This document shows positions 61,325 to 64,000 of a stretch of DNA of 64,000 nt, in pieces. The notes under the pieces were generated by a model. That model saw only the letters and a program-made list of their open reading frames with translations, did no database searches and was not told the DNA's origin. Source of the DNA: Mustelus asterias (taxonomy: Eukaryota); assembly GCF_964213995.1 (NCBI RefSeq), contig NC_135808.1, forward strand, positions 12,648,001-12,712,000, read 5' to 3'. The position numbers and the translations under genes were made by a program. The first letter of the stretch is position 1. Each line of letters opens with the position of its first letter.

Positions 61325-63776
61325 AAAGCGAGAGGCGGGGGCTGCTGGCTGCCAAGGAGAGAGAGCGACGGGGCCACCGAGAGAGAGAGTGAGCGAGCAA
61401 CGGGGCCTGCTGACTCGCAGCAGGGCTGCTAAGAGAGAGAGGCGGGGCCGCCGAGAGAGCGCGAGGGGGGGCGGGGCCGCCGAGAGAGCGCAAGGGGGGG
61501 CGGGGCCGCCGAGAGAGAGAGCGAGCGCGAGGGGGGGCGGGGCCGCCGAGAGAGAGAGCGCGCGCGAGGGGGGGCGGGGCCGCCGAGAGAGAGCGCGCGA
61601 GGGGGGGCGGGGCCGCCGAGAGAGAGCGCGCGAGGGGGGGGCGGGGCCGCCGAGAGAGAACGCGCGAGGGGGGGCGGGGCCGCCGAGAGAGCGCGCGGAG
61701 GGGCCGCCGAGAGAGAGCGCGCGAGGGGGGGCGGGGCCGCCGAGAGAGAGAGAAAGAGGGGGGGCGGGGCCGCCGAGAGAGAGAGAGAAAGAGGGGGGGC
61801 GGGGCCGCCGAGAGAGAGAGAGAAAGAGGGGGGCGGGGCCGCCGAGAGAGAGAGAGAGAAAGAGGGGGGCGGGGCCGCCGAGAGAGAGAGAGAAAGAGGG
61901 GGGCGGGGCCGCCGAGAGAGAGAGAGAAAGAGGGGGGGCGGGGCCGCCGAGAGAGAGAGAGAAAGAGGAGGGGCGGGGCCGCCGAGAGAGAGAGAAAGAG
62001 GGGGGGCGGGGCCGCCGAGAGAGAGAGAGAAAGAGGGGGGGCGGGGCCGCCGAGAGAGAGAGAGAGAGAGAAGGGGGCGGGGCCGCCGAGAGAGAGAGAG
62101 AAAGAGGGGGGCGGGCCGCCGAGAGAGAGAGAGAAAGAGGGGGGCGGGGCCGCCGAGAGAGAGAGAAAGAGGGGGGCGGGGCCGCCGAGAGAGAGAGAAA
62201 GAGGGGGGCGGGGCCGCCGAGAGAGAGAGAAAGAGGGGGGCGGGCCGCCGAGAGAGAGAAAGAGGGGGCGGGGCGAGGGGGGCGGAGGGGGCGGGGCGAG
62301 GGGGCGGGGGGGGCGGGGCGGGGCGAGGGGGGGGGGCGGGGCGAGGGGGGGGAGCGAGGGGGGGAGCGAGGGGGGGAGGGGGGAGCGAGGGGGGGCGAGG
62401 GGGGAGGGGGGGCGAGGGGGGGAGGGGGGGGAGGGGGGGGAGAGGGGGGGGAGGGGGGGGGCGAGGGGGGGAGGGGGGGCGAGGGGGGGAGGGGGGGGCG
62501 GGGGGGGGAGGGGGGGGCGGGGGGGGGGGGAGGGGGGGCGGGGGGGGCGGGGGGCGAGGGGGGGAGGGGGGGGCGAGGGGGGGGAGGGGGGCGAGGGGGG
62601 GGAGGGGGGGGGCGAGGGGGGGGCGAGGGGGGGCGAGGGGGGAGGGGGGGGCGAGGGGGGGAGGGGGGGCGAGGGGGGAGGGGGGGCGAGGGGGGGAGGG
62701 GGGCGAGGGGGGGGCGAGGGGGGAGGGGGGCGAGGGGGGGGCGGGGGGGGGAGGGGGGGGGCGGGGGGGGGAGGGGGGGGCGGGGGGGGAGGGGGGGGGC
62801 GGGGGGGAGGGGGGGCGGGGGGAGGGGGGGCGGGGGGGAGGGGGGCGGGGGGGGAGGGGGGGAGGGGGGGCGGGGGCGGGGGGGGGCGGGCGGGGGGCGG
62901 AGGGGGGCGGAGGGGGGGGCGGAGGGGGGGGCGGAGGGGAGGGGGCGGGAGGGGGGGGGGCGGAGGGCGGAGGGGGCGGAGGGGGGGGCGGAGGGGGCGG
63001 AGGGGGGGCGGAGGGGGCGGAGGGGGGGGGCGGAGGGGGCGGGCGGAGGGGCGGGCGGAGGGGGCGGAGGGGAGGGGGCGGAGGGAGGGGCGGAGGGAGG
63101 GGGCGGAGGGAGGGGGCGGAGGGAGGGGGCGGAGGGGGGGGGGCGGAGGGGGGGGGCGAGGGGGGGGGGGCGAGGGGGGGGCGAGGGGGGAGGGGGGGGG
63201 GCGGAGGGGGCGGAGGGGGGGGCGGAGGGGCGGGGGGGCGGGCGAGGGGGGGGGGGGGCGAGGGGGGGGGGCGAGGGGGGGGGGGGGGGCGAGGGGGGGG
63301 GGCGAGGGGGGGGGGGCGAGGGGGGGGGGGCGAGGGGGGGGGGGGCGAGGGGGCGAGCGAGGGGGGGGCGAGGGGGGGGGGGGGGCGAGCGAGGGGGGGG
63401 CGAGGGGGGGGGGGCCGGGGGGGGCGAGCCGGGGGGGGGGGCGAGGGGGGGGGGGGCGAGGGGCCGGGGGGGCGAGGGGCCGGGGGGGGCGAGGGGCCGG
63501 GGGGGGCGAGGGGCGAGGCGAGGGGGGGGGGGGGCGAAGGGCGAGGCGAGGGGGGGGGGGGGGGGGCGAGGGGCGAGGGGGGGGGGGGCGAGGGGCGAGG
63601 GGGGGGGGGCGAGGGGCGAGGGGGGGGGGGGCGAGGGGGGGGGGGCGAGGGGGGGGGGGCGAGGGCGAGGGGGGGGGGGGGCGAGGGGGGGGGGGGCGAG
63701 GGGGGGGGGGCGAGGGGGGGGGGGCGAGGGGGGGGGGCGAGGGGGGGGGGGGGCGAGCGGAGCGGGGCCGCCGAGC
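61325..63776 (+). repeat. GC/G-rich tandem repeat degrading into G-run low complexity
   Basis: Unit ggcggggccgccgagagagagagaaagagggg (~30-35 bp) up to ~62270, then (G)n-cga/gga/cgga runs. Confidence 0.9.
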
Positions 63777-63870
63777 AGATGCAGCGGAAGACAGGCGGGA
63801 CGGCAGGTCTCGCGCACCCGCGTTGTGTCCAAAAAGGTTAATTTCCCAGCTGTGAATCTGGGGACCTTAC

Positions 63871-63919
63871 CTCCTCCTCCGATGATGATGAACCGAACAC
63901 AGAGGCTGAGGAACAACAT
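63871..63919 (-). CDS. Third paralogous leader exon: MLFLSLCVRFIIIGGG (phase 1)
   Basis: Shares ttt act gtc atg ttg ttc ctc agc with the 47208 leader and has the same GAG|GTAAGG donor; in frame with the IgV exon. Confidence 0.6.
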
Positions 63920-64000
63920 GACAGTAAACCCATCTCAGCCTTCTCCCGGTGCCAATCCGACCGCCGAGCTGCAGCACTGCCGACAGAGAAGCCTCCCCTC

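Noticed and set aside
61115-63919. 934-aa Pro-rich ORF
   Set aside because: It is read-through of a C-rich repeat strand that lacks stops. Only the first 16 codons look real, as a leader exon ending at a GTAAGG donor.

Overview
Vertebrate genomic DNA, most likely a shark or ray (inferred from HE1/V-SINE-like tRNA SINEs sharing CR1 tails and a dense CR1/Penelope/Tx1/Rex landscape). Most of the window is transposon-derived. On the minus strand I assembled by hand a spliced CD2/CD58/SLAM-type Ig receptor gene that the ORF track largely misses. Its exons are leader 47208-47127, IgV 40451-40146, IgC2 35674-35390, TM 30093-30001, and cytoplasmic 28901-28822 and 28214-28179. All junctions are phase-compatible GT-AG and give 293 aa. 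The gene looks modular at both ends. A diverged duplicate TM/cytoplasmic cassette lies about 17 kb further downstream (11277-11176, 7500-7448) with no Ig exons of its own, and there are three paralogous leader exons (63919, 47208, and a frameshifted one at 46364). Other notable signals: (i) Penelope-like insertions in fold-back arrangement carrying about 8 minimal hammerhead ribozymes, one with a 24-nt spacer copied from nearby genomic DNA; (ii) a ~280-bp U2-snRNA-headed element bounded by imperfect direct repeats, just upstream of the leader exon; (iii) Tx1 tails inserted at U2-like target sites; (iv) a near-full-length CR1 with an esterase ORF1 nested inside another CR1. Repeat boundaries are approximate and no database searches were run.
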